Shown: piece by piece, positions 27,499 through 36,500 of the stretch | How the letters are laid out: every line of letters begins with the position of its first letter | Numbering within the stretch: the first letter of the stretch is position 1 | From: a virus | Lineage: Duplodnaviria; Heunggongvirae; Uroviricota; Caudoviricetes | IMG/VR virus record: IMGVR_UViG_3300031248_000001 | DNA length: 64,000 bases | Direction: 5' to 3' (one strand) | Notes under the pieces: model-generated | What the model saw: only the letters and a program-made list of their open reading frames with translations | The model's database searches: none | What the model was told of the DNA's origin: nothing | Program-made: the position numbers and the translations under genes

Positions 27499-27747
27499 AT
27501 GACAAACGGACAGATACCAGAGACCGGCCCGGAGCTCCGGGCACTGCGGATCGAGGGAGAGCTTTCCCTGGTGACGGTCGCCGAGGGGCTGGGCGTGAAC
27601 CGCACGATGCTCTCTAACTGGGAGCGCGGGATGGCGATGCCCGCTGACGTGCCCGCCCGTTACCGCAAGCTCGTGCAGGAGTTGACAGCGGCGCGGGCAG
27701 CGAAGGTGCGCGAGCGGTGCCGCAAGCCGCGGAGGGCGGAGGCGTGA
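27499..27747 (+). CDS. XRE-family HTH protein (Cro-like)
   Basis: LSLVTVAEGLGVNRTMLSNWERG. Confidence 0.65.
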   Translation: MTNGQIPETGPELRALRIEGELSLVTVAEGLGVNRTMLSNWERGMAMPADVPARYRKLVQELTAARAAKVRERCRKPRRAEA

Positions 27748-28889
27748 GCCGGAAGCACGCCAATCAGCCCGGTCTGCTCGAAGTCCCGCCCGCCTGGTCG
27801 GAGAAGTGGCAGGGCATGCCCGAGTTCGATCAGCCGAACCAGATGCCGTGGCAGTCGATCAAGGTCCACTTCCGCAACGCCGAGGACCGGCAGGCGTTTG
27901 CAGACCTTATCGGCCAGCCGGTCTACTCGCGGACGAAATGCGTCTGGTTCCCGAAGGCTGAGATCGGGCGCATCGCGGATAAGCGATACCGCGCTCGTTC
28001 CGAAGTCCTCCCGCAATACCCGGTCTACGTCATCTCGAAAGGGCGCTGGAAATTCCGACATACCGCGAAGGCGCTTGAGGCTATGAGAGTGCCTTACCGC
28101 ATTGTAGTTGAGCCGCAAGAGTTCGATCTTTACGCCGAGCACATCCCTGCCGTGAAGATCCTGACCCTGCCCTTTAGCAACCTCGGCCAGGGGTCGATCC
28201 CGGCTCGGAATTGGGTGTGGGAGCACGCGGTATCCGAAGGAGCCGAGCGTCACTGGATATTAGATGACAACATCTATGCCTTCTTCCGTCTCAACCGTAA
28301 TCTAAGAGTTAAGTGCGAGACCGGAGCGACCTTTCGAGCGGCTGAAGAGTTCACCGACCGCTATGAGAATGTAGGGCTGTCTGGCTTCAACTACAAGATG
28401 TTTGCCAAGCGGAAAGACGACATCCCGCCCTACGTCCTGAACACCCGCATCTACTCCTGCATCCTCATTCGTAACGACATCCCGTTTCGCTGGCGAGGCC
28501 GGTACAACGAGGACACGGACCTCTCTCTTCGCGTGCTTAAAAGCGGTCTTTGCACGATCTTGTTCAACGCCTTCCTTGCCGACAAGGCAACGACGATGAC
28601 GACAAAGGGCGGGAACACGGACGAGCTTTATCAGGACGACGGGCGGCTCAAGATGGCCGAGTCTCTCGCGGAGCAGCACCCTGACCTCGTGAAGATCACC
28701 GAGAAGTGGGGCCGACCGCAGCATAGCGTCAATTACCACGTGTTTCGGCACAACCGGCTGAAGCGGAAGCCGGGCGTTGAGCCGAGCGAGGGCGTTGACG
28801 ACTTCGGGATGAGCCTGGAGTTCATCGCTCCGAACGGAAACGGGCACGAGCCGGTCTGTGACGGCCTCTTCGCGGAGGCCCAACTGTGA
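27717..28889 (+). CDS. GT-A-fold-like putative glycosyltransferase (function uncertain), first gene of the early-right operon
   Basis: GTG start overlaps the cro-like stop. Conserved-looking blocks YVISKGRW…RVPYRIVVEP…WILDDNIYAF…GFNYKMFAKR. No TM segment. Confidence 0.4.
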   Translation: MPQAAEGGGVSRKHANQPGLLEVPPAWSEKWQGMPEFDQPNQMPWQSIKVHFRNAEDRQAFADLIGQPVYSRTKCVWFPKAEIGRIADKRYRARSEVLPQYPVYVISKGRWKFRHTAKALEAMRVPYRIVVEPQEFDLYAEHIPAVKILTLPFSNLGQGSIPARNWVWEHAVSEGAERHWILDDNIYAFFRLNRNLRVKCETGATFRAAEEFTDRYENVGLSGFNYKMFAKRKDDIPPYVLNTRIYSCILIRNDIPFRWRGRYNEDTDLSLRVLKSGLCTILFNAFLADKATTMTTKGGNTDELYQDDGRLKMAESLAEQHPDLVKITEKWGRPQHSVNYHVFRHNRLKRKPGVEPSEGVDDFGMSLEFIAPNGNGHEPVCDGLFAEAQL

Positions 28890-29046
28890 AGCCCACCCCC
28901 ACCCTCCACGAACACAACACCCCCTCACCCGAGGCCCTGAAAGCGGGCTGGCGGGCACTGCGGGGGGTCACGATCACCCACGTCGGGCGGCCGTCTCCGC
29001 GGGTGCTGGCGGCGGGGGTGAGGGTGGTGGTTAGGGAGAAGGGGCG

Positions 29047-29247
29047 ATGAGCGCCACGCTTATCCTGCCCTGCCCGCATTGCGAGCACCCGGTCATTGAC
29101 CGGCACGACTACTCGCGCCCGGTCTACCAGCAGCACGCATGCCCCCGGTGCGGGCTTCGTGGCCCCAAGGGCGCGACCTACGCGGAGACGGCGGGCCTGT
29201 GGAACAGCCTGCCGCGCCGCCTGAACCCGGAGGCCTCCCATGCCTGA
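29047..29247 (+). CDS. zinc-ribbon small protein
   Basis: CPHCEH…CPRCG. Confidence 0.45.
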   Translation: MSATLILPCPHCEHPVIDRHDYSRPVYQQHACPRCGLRGPKGATYAETAGLWNSLPRRLNPEASHA

Positions 29248-29554
29248 CACCCTCCCCTGCGGCCCCTGTCACGGCACCGGCCGCGTGCCCATCGACTCCT
29301 TCCTCTTCCCTGACCGTGAACCGGGCGTGCGCTGCGACGTGTGCAAAGGGCGCGGCTGGCATCCTCGGGTTCCGCGCGGCTGCGTGGAAGTCACGCTGCG
29401 GTTCGCGTGCGGGTGCCAGAGAGCGTTGATCGTGGCGCGCGGGTGGGCGGAGAGCGAGGTGGAGTTCGCGGCGGGCGTCGGTTGTGGGCGGTGTGCGGTG
29501 GCCCCGAACCAGCGGCCGGCGGTGACGGTGGCCCTAGTGAGGGAAGCGGCGTAG
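29240..29554 (+). CDS. DnaJ-type CxxCxGxG zinc-finger small protein
   Basis: CGPCHGTGRV…CDVCKGRGW. Confidence 0.45.
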   Translation: MPDTLPCGPCHGTGRVPIDSFLFPDREPGVRCDVCKGRGWHPRVPRGCVEVTLRFACGCQRALIVARGWAESEVEFAAGVGCGRCAVAPNQRPAVTVALVREAA

Positions 29555-29561
29555 ATGTGCG

Positions 29562-29759
29562 ATGACGGCCGAGAGCATCCGAAAACTCGTGGATGAGGAT
29601 AGGCGCTTTTCACACTGCCTGCGCTGTGGAGCGATCATCGTGTTTCACGCAAGGTTCTGCCGGGATTGCGACTTCCGGATAGTGCGGATGTTGCGCGAAG
29701 GCTTGCGAAAGAAGCGAGCCTCGGGGAAGTGTTTTTCAATAGCAGAGGATCAGGAATGA
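29562..29759 (+). CDS. zinc-ribbon small protein
   Basis: CLRCG…CRDCD. Confidence 0.4.
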   Translation: MTAESIRKLVDEDRRFSHCLRCGAIIVFHARFCRDCDFRIVRMLREGLRKKRASGKCFSIAEDQE

Positions 29760-30154
29760 GCACCGTAATCCACACCTGCCAGGCCCCCCTAGAACGCACC
29801 TACGGCCCGCAAAACTCGCAGCCCCTGGTCCGCGATCACACCTGCTCCTGGCAGACCGTCTGCCCGCAGTGCAGCGTGCGGGTAGTGGATGCCGACCTCG
29901 AAGAACTGACCCCCTCGCACTGGTGCCGCGAATGCGCCCACCCGCTCTATCGCCATGTCGGCAAAGTGGACGGCGTGGAAGAGGGGTTCGCTATCGACTG
30001 CGTGAGCGGTGCGGTGCTGGATGACGGGCGGTGCCCGTGTGGTTGGGAGATCCAGTGGGCGGTGGCGTTGACTGAGGCTCCCGGCGACCACTTCCCGCTG
30101 ATGCCGTCCCTGATGGACACGCTGGGAGCGGCTTTGAAAGAGAGCATCCGATGA
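29756..30154 (+). CDS. Cys-rich hypothetical protein
   Basis: AGAGGATCAGGA site before the ATG. Motifs CPQCS, CREC. Confidence 0.45.
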   Translation: MSTVIHTCQAPLERTYGPQNSQPLVRDHTCSWQTVCPQCSVRVVDADLEELTPSHWCRECAHPLYRHVGKVDGVEEGFAIDCVSGAVLDDGRCPCGWEIQWAVALTEAPGDHFPLMPSLMDTLGAALKESIR

Positions 30155-30801
30155 CCACGCAGCTGGCGGTGGAATTGACGGTGGAGCGGGTGCGGGAGTG
30201 GCTGAACCTGCCCAACTTGCAACATTGGAACGAGCGATATTCTGAAAACCCGGTTACCAAGTGTTACGAGTGGAGTGGCGCAAAATCTCAGGGCTATGGC
30301 GCTGTTTCGATACTCGGGAAGGTCTACAGGGCGCATCGTATCGCTTACTTATTAGGGCGCGGCACAATCCCGCCAGGGCTTCTCGTTTGTCACAAATGCG
30401 ATAACCGGTGCTGCGTCAATCCCGATCACCTGTTTCTGGGCACTCATCAAGATAACAATGCCGATGCGGCCCGCAAAGGACGAATGGCCTCGGGCGATCA
30501 CAGTGGGTCTAGGCTGCATCCCGAGCGGTTAGCTCGCGGGTCACGCCATGGTTCTCGCACTCACCCACATCGAGTGCCCCGAGGTTCAAGAATCGGAACA
30601 TCGAAACTGACCGAGACGCGCGTACTGCAAATCAAAATACACCTAGCCAATGGCAAGAACTGTCGTCAGGTTGCCTTGGAGTTTGGTGTTTCTCGATCAT
30701 CTATTTCAAGGATCAGATCGGGGAAGGCGTGGCGGCACCTCACCGCCTCCGTCGCCCTCCGCATCCTGAACGAAGTGGCGCCCGAGGAGCAAGACAAGTG
30801 A
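30151..30801 (+). CDS. HNH (AP2-type) homing endonuclease with C-terminal HTH; low-GC island
   Basis: [14 protein letters not shown]…[28 protein letters not shown]. Local GC ~53%. Confidence 0.65.
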   Translation: MTTQLAVELTVERVREWLNLPNLQHWNERYSENPVTKCYEWSGAKSQGYGAVSILGKVYRAHRIAYLLGRGTIPPGLLVCHKCDNRCCVNPDHLFLGTHQDNNADAARKGRMASGDHSGSRLHPERLARGSRHGSRTHPHRVPRGSRIGTSKLTETRVLQIKIHLANGKNCRQVALEFGVSRSSISRIRSGKAWRHLTASVALRILNEVAPEEQDK

Positions 30802-31139
30802 GCACGCTAGAGGTTCTAAAAGCGGCGCGGGAGTTGATTAGCGTGCGCGAACGGTGGACGCAAGGGCTTTCTGCCCGAAACGCTAGGGGCGCCCGCGTAA
30901 AGCCTCAGACGGAAGAGGCGACTTGCTGGTGCGCTATAGGGGCGATTTGCCGGACTGCTGAACCGGGCACGCTCCACCGACCCGTTGGCCCAGACTCTCC
31001 CGTGTGGCCTGCCATTGATGAGCTGTCGAAAGGGCTCCGGTTCGGGCTCGCCTATTTCAACGACCACAACCCGCATTCACGCGTTCTTGCACGCTTCGAC
31101 CGCACTATCGCCCGGCTGGAGAAGGAGGCAACCGGATGA
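30798..31139 (+). CDS. hypothetical protein
   Basis: GTGA-coupled start. Confidence 0.45.
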   Translation: MSTLEVLKAARELISVRERWTQGLSARNARGARVKPQTEEATCWCAIGAICRTAEPGTLHRPVGPDSPVWPAIDELSKGLRFGLAYFNDHNPHSRVLARFDRTIARLEKEATG

Positions 31140-31429
31140 CCACCCCCTACCGCATCTCCCGCTGTGAACGCGAGGCCCAGGAATACGGCCTCGACCCCTC
31201 GGTTTTCCACGACACGCTGTCACCGGAAGCTCAGCTCCGCGCGTGCGAGCAGGCGGACGAACGGGCGCGGGTCCGGGCACGGTATCCGGTGATTATGAAT
31301 GCCGAGGATCTGGAGCCGGAGGAGCGGCCCGTGCCGCGCTGGTGGGGGTGGGTGGAACTCGCCTTCATGGTGTTCGCGGCGGTGGCGATTGTGGTGCTGG
31401 TTTGGGTGCAGTTTCAGACGTGGAGGTAA
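31136..31429 (+). CDS. small membrane protein
   Basis: C-terminal TM (WWGWVELAFMVFAAVAIVVLVWV). Confidence 0.45.
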   Translation: MTTPYRISRCEREAQEYGLDPSVFHDTLSPEAQLRACEQADERARVRARYPVIMNAEDLEPEERPVPRWWGWVELAFMVFAAVAIVVLVWVQFQTWR

Positions 31430-31434
31430 CCCGG

Positions 31435-31773
31435 ATGCGCTGCGAAGAGGCCGAACCCTATTCGATCTCCGTGGAAGACCTGCCACACCTCCCGGCCGAC
31501 CCCACCACCCTGCGTGACGCCTACGCCGCCGCTCGCGCCCGCCAGGCACTCCGCGAATTCCAGGCCCAACGCCGCGCCGCCTACGAACGCGAGCGCGGGC
31601 TGATCTGCCCCTACTGTGATGGGCTGGGCGGGGAGGACTGCCATCGCTGTGAGGACGGGTATGTGCCCCGGTCCCCTGTGCTGGGACGCCGCTGGTACCT
31701 GCTGTGGGTGGCGGTGGCGGCGTTTGTGGGGGCGGTCGGGGTGGGGTGGGTGATGGTGGGAGGGTGGCGGTGA
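31435..31773 (+). CDS. zinc-finger plus C-terminal TM protein
   Basis: GGAGG before the ATG. CPYCDGLGGEDCHRCEDG followed by a TM segment. Confidence 0.45.
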   Translation: MRCEEAEPYSISVEDLPHLPADPTTLRDAYAAARARQALREFQAQRRAAYERERGLICPYCDGLGGEDCHRCEDGYVPRSPVLGRRWYLLWVAVAAFVGAVGVGWVMVGGWR

Positions 31774-32156
31774 TGGCACTGATCGGCATCGAAGTCGAGG
31801 TTTCTCGCAATCAATACAGCGCCGTCATCCTACTCGTGGATGACGAGGACGTGCGCTTCAAAGACGCTATCGGCAAGGTTGGCCTATGGGATGCTGTCGC
31901 GCCCTTCGTGGAACCCGCAATCACCACGACGCTTGACTGTTCGCGTCACTCTTGGGACTGGGAAGCGGAACCGGGAGAAGACGGCTTCGAAGTCCAGGGC
32001 GTGAAGATCATTGCCGAGCGAGAGGCCCGCCAGTTCAAGTTTTTCGAGGTGGGTTACGCAGGCCCGACCCCTGCCGAAGTGAAGGCCGCGCGGGAGGCTG
32101 CGGGCCAGATAGCGCTTGCGTTGCCCCCCGACCCCCAGGAGGCGCTGCCGCTATGA
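31773..32156 (+). CDS. hypothetical protein
   Basis: TGATG overlap start. Confidence 0.45.
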   Translation: MALIGIEVEVSRNQYSAVILLVDDEDVRFKDAIGKVGLWDAVAPFVEPAITTTLDCSRHSWDWEAEPGEDGFEVQGVKIIAEREARQFKFFEVGYAGPTPAEVKAAREAAGQIALALPPDPQEALPL

Positions 32157-32797
32157 GCACCTCCCGCGAACACCCAATCTTATTCAGCGGCGAGATGGTC
32201 AAGGCGCTGCTGGAGGAGCGGAAGTCTCAAACGCGCCGGGTCGTGAACCTCCCTGGATACGACGGTGGCGGGGTCTACGAGACGCGAGACGCCCGCGTGG
32301 TTTCCGTCTTGGCCCTTTCCCCCTACGGCGGGGCGGGAGCGCACCTCTACGTCCGCGAAAAGTGGCGCGTCATCCCTTCTGACAACGGCCACGACTTCGC
32401 CGTGGAATACGCGGCCGGGGGCGACCTCCAGCACTGGCGCGACGGCGAGCTCCGCTACCAGCACCTGTGGGCGGACCTGTATGAGGGCGGCAACTGCACT
32501 CCGGCCGTGCAGGCTTCGGAGTGCCGGTGGCGGCCGTCGATCCATCTCCCTCGGGCCTTCTCCCGCCTCACCCTCGAAATCACCTCCATCCGCGTCGAGC
32601 GCCTCACGGCAATCAGCGAGGAAGACGCGCGGGCGGAAGGCTTCGACCCGAACTGGCTCTATGCTCGCGAGTTCGGTGTCGGGCCGCTGGACTGGTTCTC
32701 CTTTACCTGGAACGGAATAAATGGCAAGCGCCCCGGCTGTTCCTGGGCGGCCAATCCGTGGGTGTGGGTGCTGGAGTTTCGGAGGGTTGAGCCGTGA
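32153..32797 (+). CDS. ASCH-like domain protein (tentative)
   Basis: N-terminus ILFSGEMVKALLEERKSQTRR is typical of a phage ASCH-like family; recalled from memory, unverified. Confidence 0.4.
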   Translation: MSTSREHPILFSGEMVKALLEERKSQTRRVVNLPGYDGGGVYETRDARVVSVLALSPYGGAGAHLYVREKWRVIPSDNGHDFAVEYAAGGDLQHWRDGELRYQHLWADLYEGGNCTPAVQASECRWRPSIHLPRAFSRLTLEITSIRVERLTAISEEDARAEGFDPNWLYAREFGVGPLDWFSFTWNGINGKRPGCSWAANPWVWVLEFRRVEP

Positions 32798-33204
32798 GCT
32801 ACGCACTTCTCGACTTCTGGGAATTCCCCGCCCCGGTGCAGGTGGAGGTCCAACGTGTCATCAGCGCGGCCCTCGTGGAGGAGCTCAACGAGTTCCTGAA
32901 GCCGTGGGACGGCGAGGCGAGCCTCAGCGAATACAACGTGAACGACGGCGCGCTAGCTGACTTCGTGGTCTTCGGCTTCCCCGACCCGGAGGGGCTAGGA
33001 GATGCCCACCCCGCAATCGTGGCGCTGGAGGCGGCGGGATACGAAGGCATCGTGGGGGGCACCGACCGGGGCCGCTATAGCGGCGATATCTGGCCGCGCC
33101 AGGAATATCCCGAGGCGACCGCTATTGAGCGGCGGGCTACGGAGCGGATACGGCGGGCGCAGCGGAAGGCAGGAAGCACTCAACAGAACGGAGCTTTTCG
33201 ATGA
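32794..33204 (+). CDS. hypothetical protein
   Basis: ORF. Confidence 0.45.
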   Translation: MSYALLDFWEFPAPVQVEVQRVISAALVEELNEFLKPWDGEASLSEYNVNDGALADFVVFGFPDPEGLGDAHPAIVALEAAGYEGIVGGTDRGRYSGDIWPRQEYPEATAIERRATERIRRAQRKAGSTQQNGAFR

Positions 33205-33494
33205 CCGACGACCAGCTACGCGAAGCCGCCCGCGAGATGGGCCGAAGAGGCGGACAGAAGCGCAAGGAAGCGATTGGGACCGAAGGGTTCCGCGAGATGG
33301 GACGCCGGGGCGGCCAGGTGACGAAAGAGCGGGCCGCGCCCGGCTTCTACAACGAGATCGGCCGAAGAGGCGGGGCCGCGTGCCTTGCCAAGCACGGTCG
33401 TCAGCATTTTGAGGCGGCCGGGAAGCTCGGTGCCTCGCGTGTGGCCGAGTTGATCGCGGCGGGGAAGGCGGCGATGGAGAGGGAGCGACCATGA
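33201..33494 (+). CDS. KGG-repeat stress-induced-protein-like small protein
   Basis: Three EMGRRGGQ / EIGRRGG repeats. Confidence 0.55.
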   Translation: MTDDQLREAAREMGRRGGQKRKEAIGTEGFREMGRRGGQVTKERAAPGFYNEIGRRGGAACLAKHGRQHFEAAGKLGASRVAELIAAGKAAMERERP

Positions 33495-33577
33495 CCTCCC
33501 TCCTCACCCGCTACCGCTGCGCCGTGTGCGAGACGGACACCAACACCAACTGACTGACCTACAGGAGAAACACGCAA

Positions 33578-34060
33578 ATGGCAACGACGTTCCGCAACGA
33601 TGAATCCCTCGCGCGGCTGGGCGCGGACCTGATTTCGATGCACCACAAGCACCTCCTCGAAAACGGAGTGCGGGTGGAGTTTCTGTTCCGCGACGACACG
33701 CCCAAGAGCGCGGGCAAAGAGCAATGGGGCGTGGCGCGGAAGATCACGAACCTCAATGCCTTCCTCGCCGGGGAAGCGGAAGACGAGGGCGCGGACCCGT
33801 TCTTCTGCATCGTCATCTCCGAGCCGATCTGGACAGATCTGACCAACAACCAGCGCCTCGCGCTTCTCGATCACGAGCTGTGCCACTGCTGGGCGGAAGA
33901 GGACAAGGAAGGCGCGGTCAAGCTGACCATCCTCGGCCACGACCTGGAGGAGTTCGGCTCCATCGTGGAGCGTTACGGGCTCTGGCGTGAGGACGTGAAG
34001 CTCATGGCCCGCAGCATCGAGAACGCGCAGCTTCGGCTCACGCTGGATGAGGCTGCTTGA
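33578..34060 (+). CDS. putative HExxH metallopeptidase-like phage protein
   Basis: LLDHELCHCWAEEDKEG (HExxH). Confidence 0.45.
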   Translation: MATTFRNDESLARLGADLISMHHKHLLENGVRVEFLFRDDTPKSAGKEQWGVARKITNLNAFLAGEAEDEGADPFFCIVISEPIWTDLTNNQRLALLDHELCHCWAEEDKEGAVKLTILGHDLEEFGSIVERYGLWREDVKLMARSIENAQLRLTLDEAA

Positions 34061-34125
34061 CCGTAACCCCCCGGCGCCGGGGGGGGTGGGGGGCGATTAG
34101 GTGAGGCCGAGGAGAGACCGAGACG

Positions 34126-35034
34126 ATGGAACTGACAACCGAGATCTTGACGAAGCTGGGCGCCCCGTTTAGCGCCGACGAACTGGAATTCCTGCCGCGG
34201 GCCACGTCGGGCGGCAAGGCCATGGCCCTCCCCTACATCGACGCGCGCAACGTGATGCGGCGGCTCGATGAGGTGGTCGGCCCCGAGAACTGGTCTTTCG
34301 ACTTCGACCTCTTGGAGCCGACCGGGAAGATGGTCAAGGGCCGGCTGCGGGTGTGCGGTACGGAGAAGTGCGATGCCGGCGAAGCAGCCGCCGAAGACGA
34401 GGTGCTGAAGTCGGCGGTTAGCGACGCCCTGAAGCGGGCCGCCGTTCACTTCGGGATCGGCCGCTACCTCTACCATATGCCGCGCGTGTGGGCCGCCTTC
34501 GACGCGCAGAAGAAGCGGTTTACCGAGACGCCGCAGATCAGCGAGGCCGCGGAACGGCGCGCCGTCGCCCTGGCGCTCGGGGGCGCGCTGGTTTTGACCC
34601 GCCCCGCCGTCCAGGTGAACACCGAGACGGGCGAAGTTATCGAACGGCCCCCGGCCACTAACGGAACGAAACGGGAATGGACCCCGCCCGCGCCTTCCGC
34701 CGCCGGGAAAGACGCGGACATCGCGCGCGGCAAGTTCTTTGCCGACCTCAAGAAGCTCGCGCCCGACCTGGCGGGAGATGCCGCCGAAGGTGCCCGTCAC
34801 TGGCTCTATGGTCTGCTGCTCGGGAAAGACCGCCAGGTAGATCCGGCCGGGTGGCCCGCCGACTACTGGCAGAAGCTCCACGAGGCGCTGCAGAACGCGG
34901 CCGACGAGCAGAAGCTGGGCCGGCTCGTGAAACAGGCCAAGGACCGCGCTGTAAGCCTCGGCACGGTGGAGGGAGACCCGTTCGCGGAGGGTGACGCGCA
35001 AGCGGCTTTGCCGGCGCAGGCGAGGGGGCTCTAG
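34126..35034 (+). CDS. Rad52/Rad22-family single-strand annealing protein
   Basis: …AAVHFGIGRYLY… plus a C-terminal low-complexity tail. Confidence 0.7.
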   Translation: MELTTEILTKLGAPFSADELEFLPRATSGGKAMALPYIDARNVMRRLDEVVGPENWSFDFDLLEPTGKMVKGRLRVCGTEKCDAGEAAAEDEVLKSAVSDALKRAAVHFGIGRYLYHMPRVWAAFDAQKKRFTETPQISEAAERRAVALALGGALVLTRPAVQVNTETGEVIERPPATNGTKREWTPPAPSAAGKDADIARGKFFADLKKLAPDLAGDAAEGARHWLYGLLLGKDRQVDPAGWPADYWQKLHEALQNAADEQKLGRLVKQAKDRAVSLGTVEGDPFAEGDAQAALPAQARGL

Positions 35035-35787
35035 ATGGCAGTCCAAGTTTTGGAAATGCCAAAAGAAGAACAGGCCGAGCCCCGGTACTTCGAGGCGGTG
35101 GACCTGGACGGCGATTTGCCGGTTCATCCGGTGCTCTCGCTGCTCTCGGACGAAGAACTGGAGCACGGATCTCATGAGGCCCACGTCAATGCGGAGGGGT
35201 CCTTGCTTCTCCGCTGCGACTTCCTGGTGGAACACGTCCGCCGCGCGGGGTCAAGCCGCACGGCGCGCGCCCAGGCTCTAGCGCAGTTCCGGCAGGCCAC
35301 TGGTCTCAGCGCGTGGTTGGTCTACCAAATGCTGGCTGTGGGCCGCTACTGGACGTACGAGCGCCGGGAGCTGTATCCCACGCTCACTTTCGAGGTGCTG
35401 GCCGAGACGGTGCGTCATACCCGACGCGACGGCGACACGCCCCGGACCCGCGAGGAGCGCATTGCCCGCGTTGCCAAAGAGGCGGCCGACGCCGATCTCA
35501 ATGCCAGCAAGACGAAAGACCTGGCCCGGTCCATAGATCGGCCGGAGCGCCAGCCGGGTTCGCACCTAGAACTCGACGCCCCCCACCCTGCTACCGTCGC
35601 GGAGACGCCCCCGGAACAGCAGGCGGAGTTGTGCGTGGAAGACATGATCCCCATCCTGACGCGCGGGTTGGAGAAGCGGTTTCGGGACGACAACCCCGGC
35701 ACCCCCAAGATGATGGTCGCGGTGGTCGTGGATCACCTCCACATCTTGCTTCCCGATCTGCCATGGACGGTAACGGTGACCGCATGA
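35035..35787 (+). CDS. hypothetical protein
   Basis: ORF. Confidence 0.45.
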   Translation: MAVQVLEMPKEEQAEPRYFEAVDLDGDLPVHPVLSLLSDEELEHGSHEAHVNAEGSLLLRCDFLVEHVRRAGSSRTARAQALAQFRQATGLSAWLVYQMLAVGRYWTYERRELYPTLTFEVLAETVRHTRRDGDTPRTREERIARVAKEAADADLNASKTKDLARSIDRPERQPGSHLELDAPHPATVAETPPEQQAELCVEDMIPILTRGLEKRFRDDNPGTPKMMVAVVVDHLHILLPDLPWTVTVTA

Positions 35788-35987
35788 GCGACCAAGCCCT
35801 GCCCCTCGATTACGAATTGGACCCGTTCGACGGAGCGCCCGTGACGGAAACGGAGAGTGGGCCCTGCGCCAAATGCGGACGGCGCGAACCGGACGGGCAC
35901 CTGTGGGAGCCGGATCGTCTCTGCTCGGATTGCTTTTCGGGGCCGGATCGGTATGTGCGGGATGCGGAACGGGAGCCGAGAGTATGA
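35784..35987 (+). CDS. small Cys-rich protein
   Basis: CAKCGRREPDGH…CSDC. Confidence 0.4.
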   Translation: MSDQALPLDYELDPFDGAPVTETESGPCAKCGRREPDGHLWEPDRLCSDCFSGPDRYVRDAEREPRV

Positions 35988-36220
35988 AGATCCTCTATTC
36001 CTGCGGCTGCGAACGCCCCGCGCGAGACGTGGCCTGTGACCACTACTGCCCTACGGCCGAGGTGCTCAAGGAGTTGTGCGCCACCAGCAAGACGGCGCTG
36101 TTCGCGGCCCCGAAAGGTGAGGCCACGTCTCGGCTCAGTCGGCTGCATCACGCGCACCTGCGCGCGTTGACGGCACACTACGCGCCGGGTGGGCGGTGGA
36201 GTTCGGGGAAGGCGGCTTAG
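35984..36220 (+). CDS. small Cys-rich protein
   Basis: SCGCE…CDHYC. Confidence 0.4.
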   Translation: MKILYSCGCERPARDVACDHYCPTAEVLKELCATSKTALFAAPKGEATSRLSRLHHAHLRALTAHYAPGGRWSSGKAA

Positions 36221-36399
36221 GCGGCGCAGAATCCGCCCTTCCGTCCTTCGTCGCGGGGGTTGGTCGGCAAGTTGAGCTTCTCGCGGAGCCACTCCTCAAC
36301 GAGAGCTTGGATGGATTTGTCCTGTTCGGCGGCGGCAAGGCGCAGCGCCTTGTGGGTTTCAGGATCAATGCGAACGTTGAGGCGGCGGTCGTCGGCCAT
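36217..36399 (-). CDS. ribbon-helix-helix (CopG/antitoxin-like) DNA-binding protein, divergent from the HNH-helicase gene
   Basis: LNVRIDPETHKALRLAAAEQDKSIQALVEEWLRE. Confidence 0.55.
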   Translation of the reverse strand: MADDRRLNVRIDPETHKALRLAAAEQDKSIQALVEEWLREKLNLPTNPRDEGRKGGFCAA

Positions 36400-36450
36400 C
36401 GGGCTTCTCCTCTACCTGGAAGTATAACGCCCCCAAGCAACAAAGGATAC

Positions 36451-36467
36451 GTTGCGCCAGTGGCGCA
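36451..36467. promoter_or_regulatory. perfect 17-bp palindrome TTGCGCCAGTGGCGCAA overlapping a putative -35 (TTGCGC-18-TACAAT) upstream of the HNH-helicase gene
   Basis: Read directly in the divergent intergenic region 36400-36500. Confidence 0.45.
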
Positions 36468-36500
36468 ATTTGGGCTACAATAGTGTGGGAGGGCTAGACG

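Noticed and set aside
28302-28958. 218-aa minus-strand ORF opposite the GT-like gene
   Set aside because: Shadow ORF.
33973-35235. 420-aa minus-strand ORF opposite the Rad52-like gene
   Set aside because: Shadow ORF; the plus strand carries the GIGRYLY Rad52 signature.
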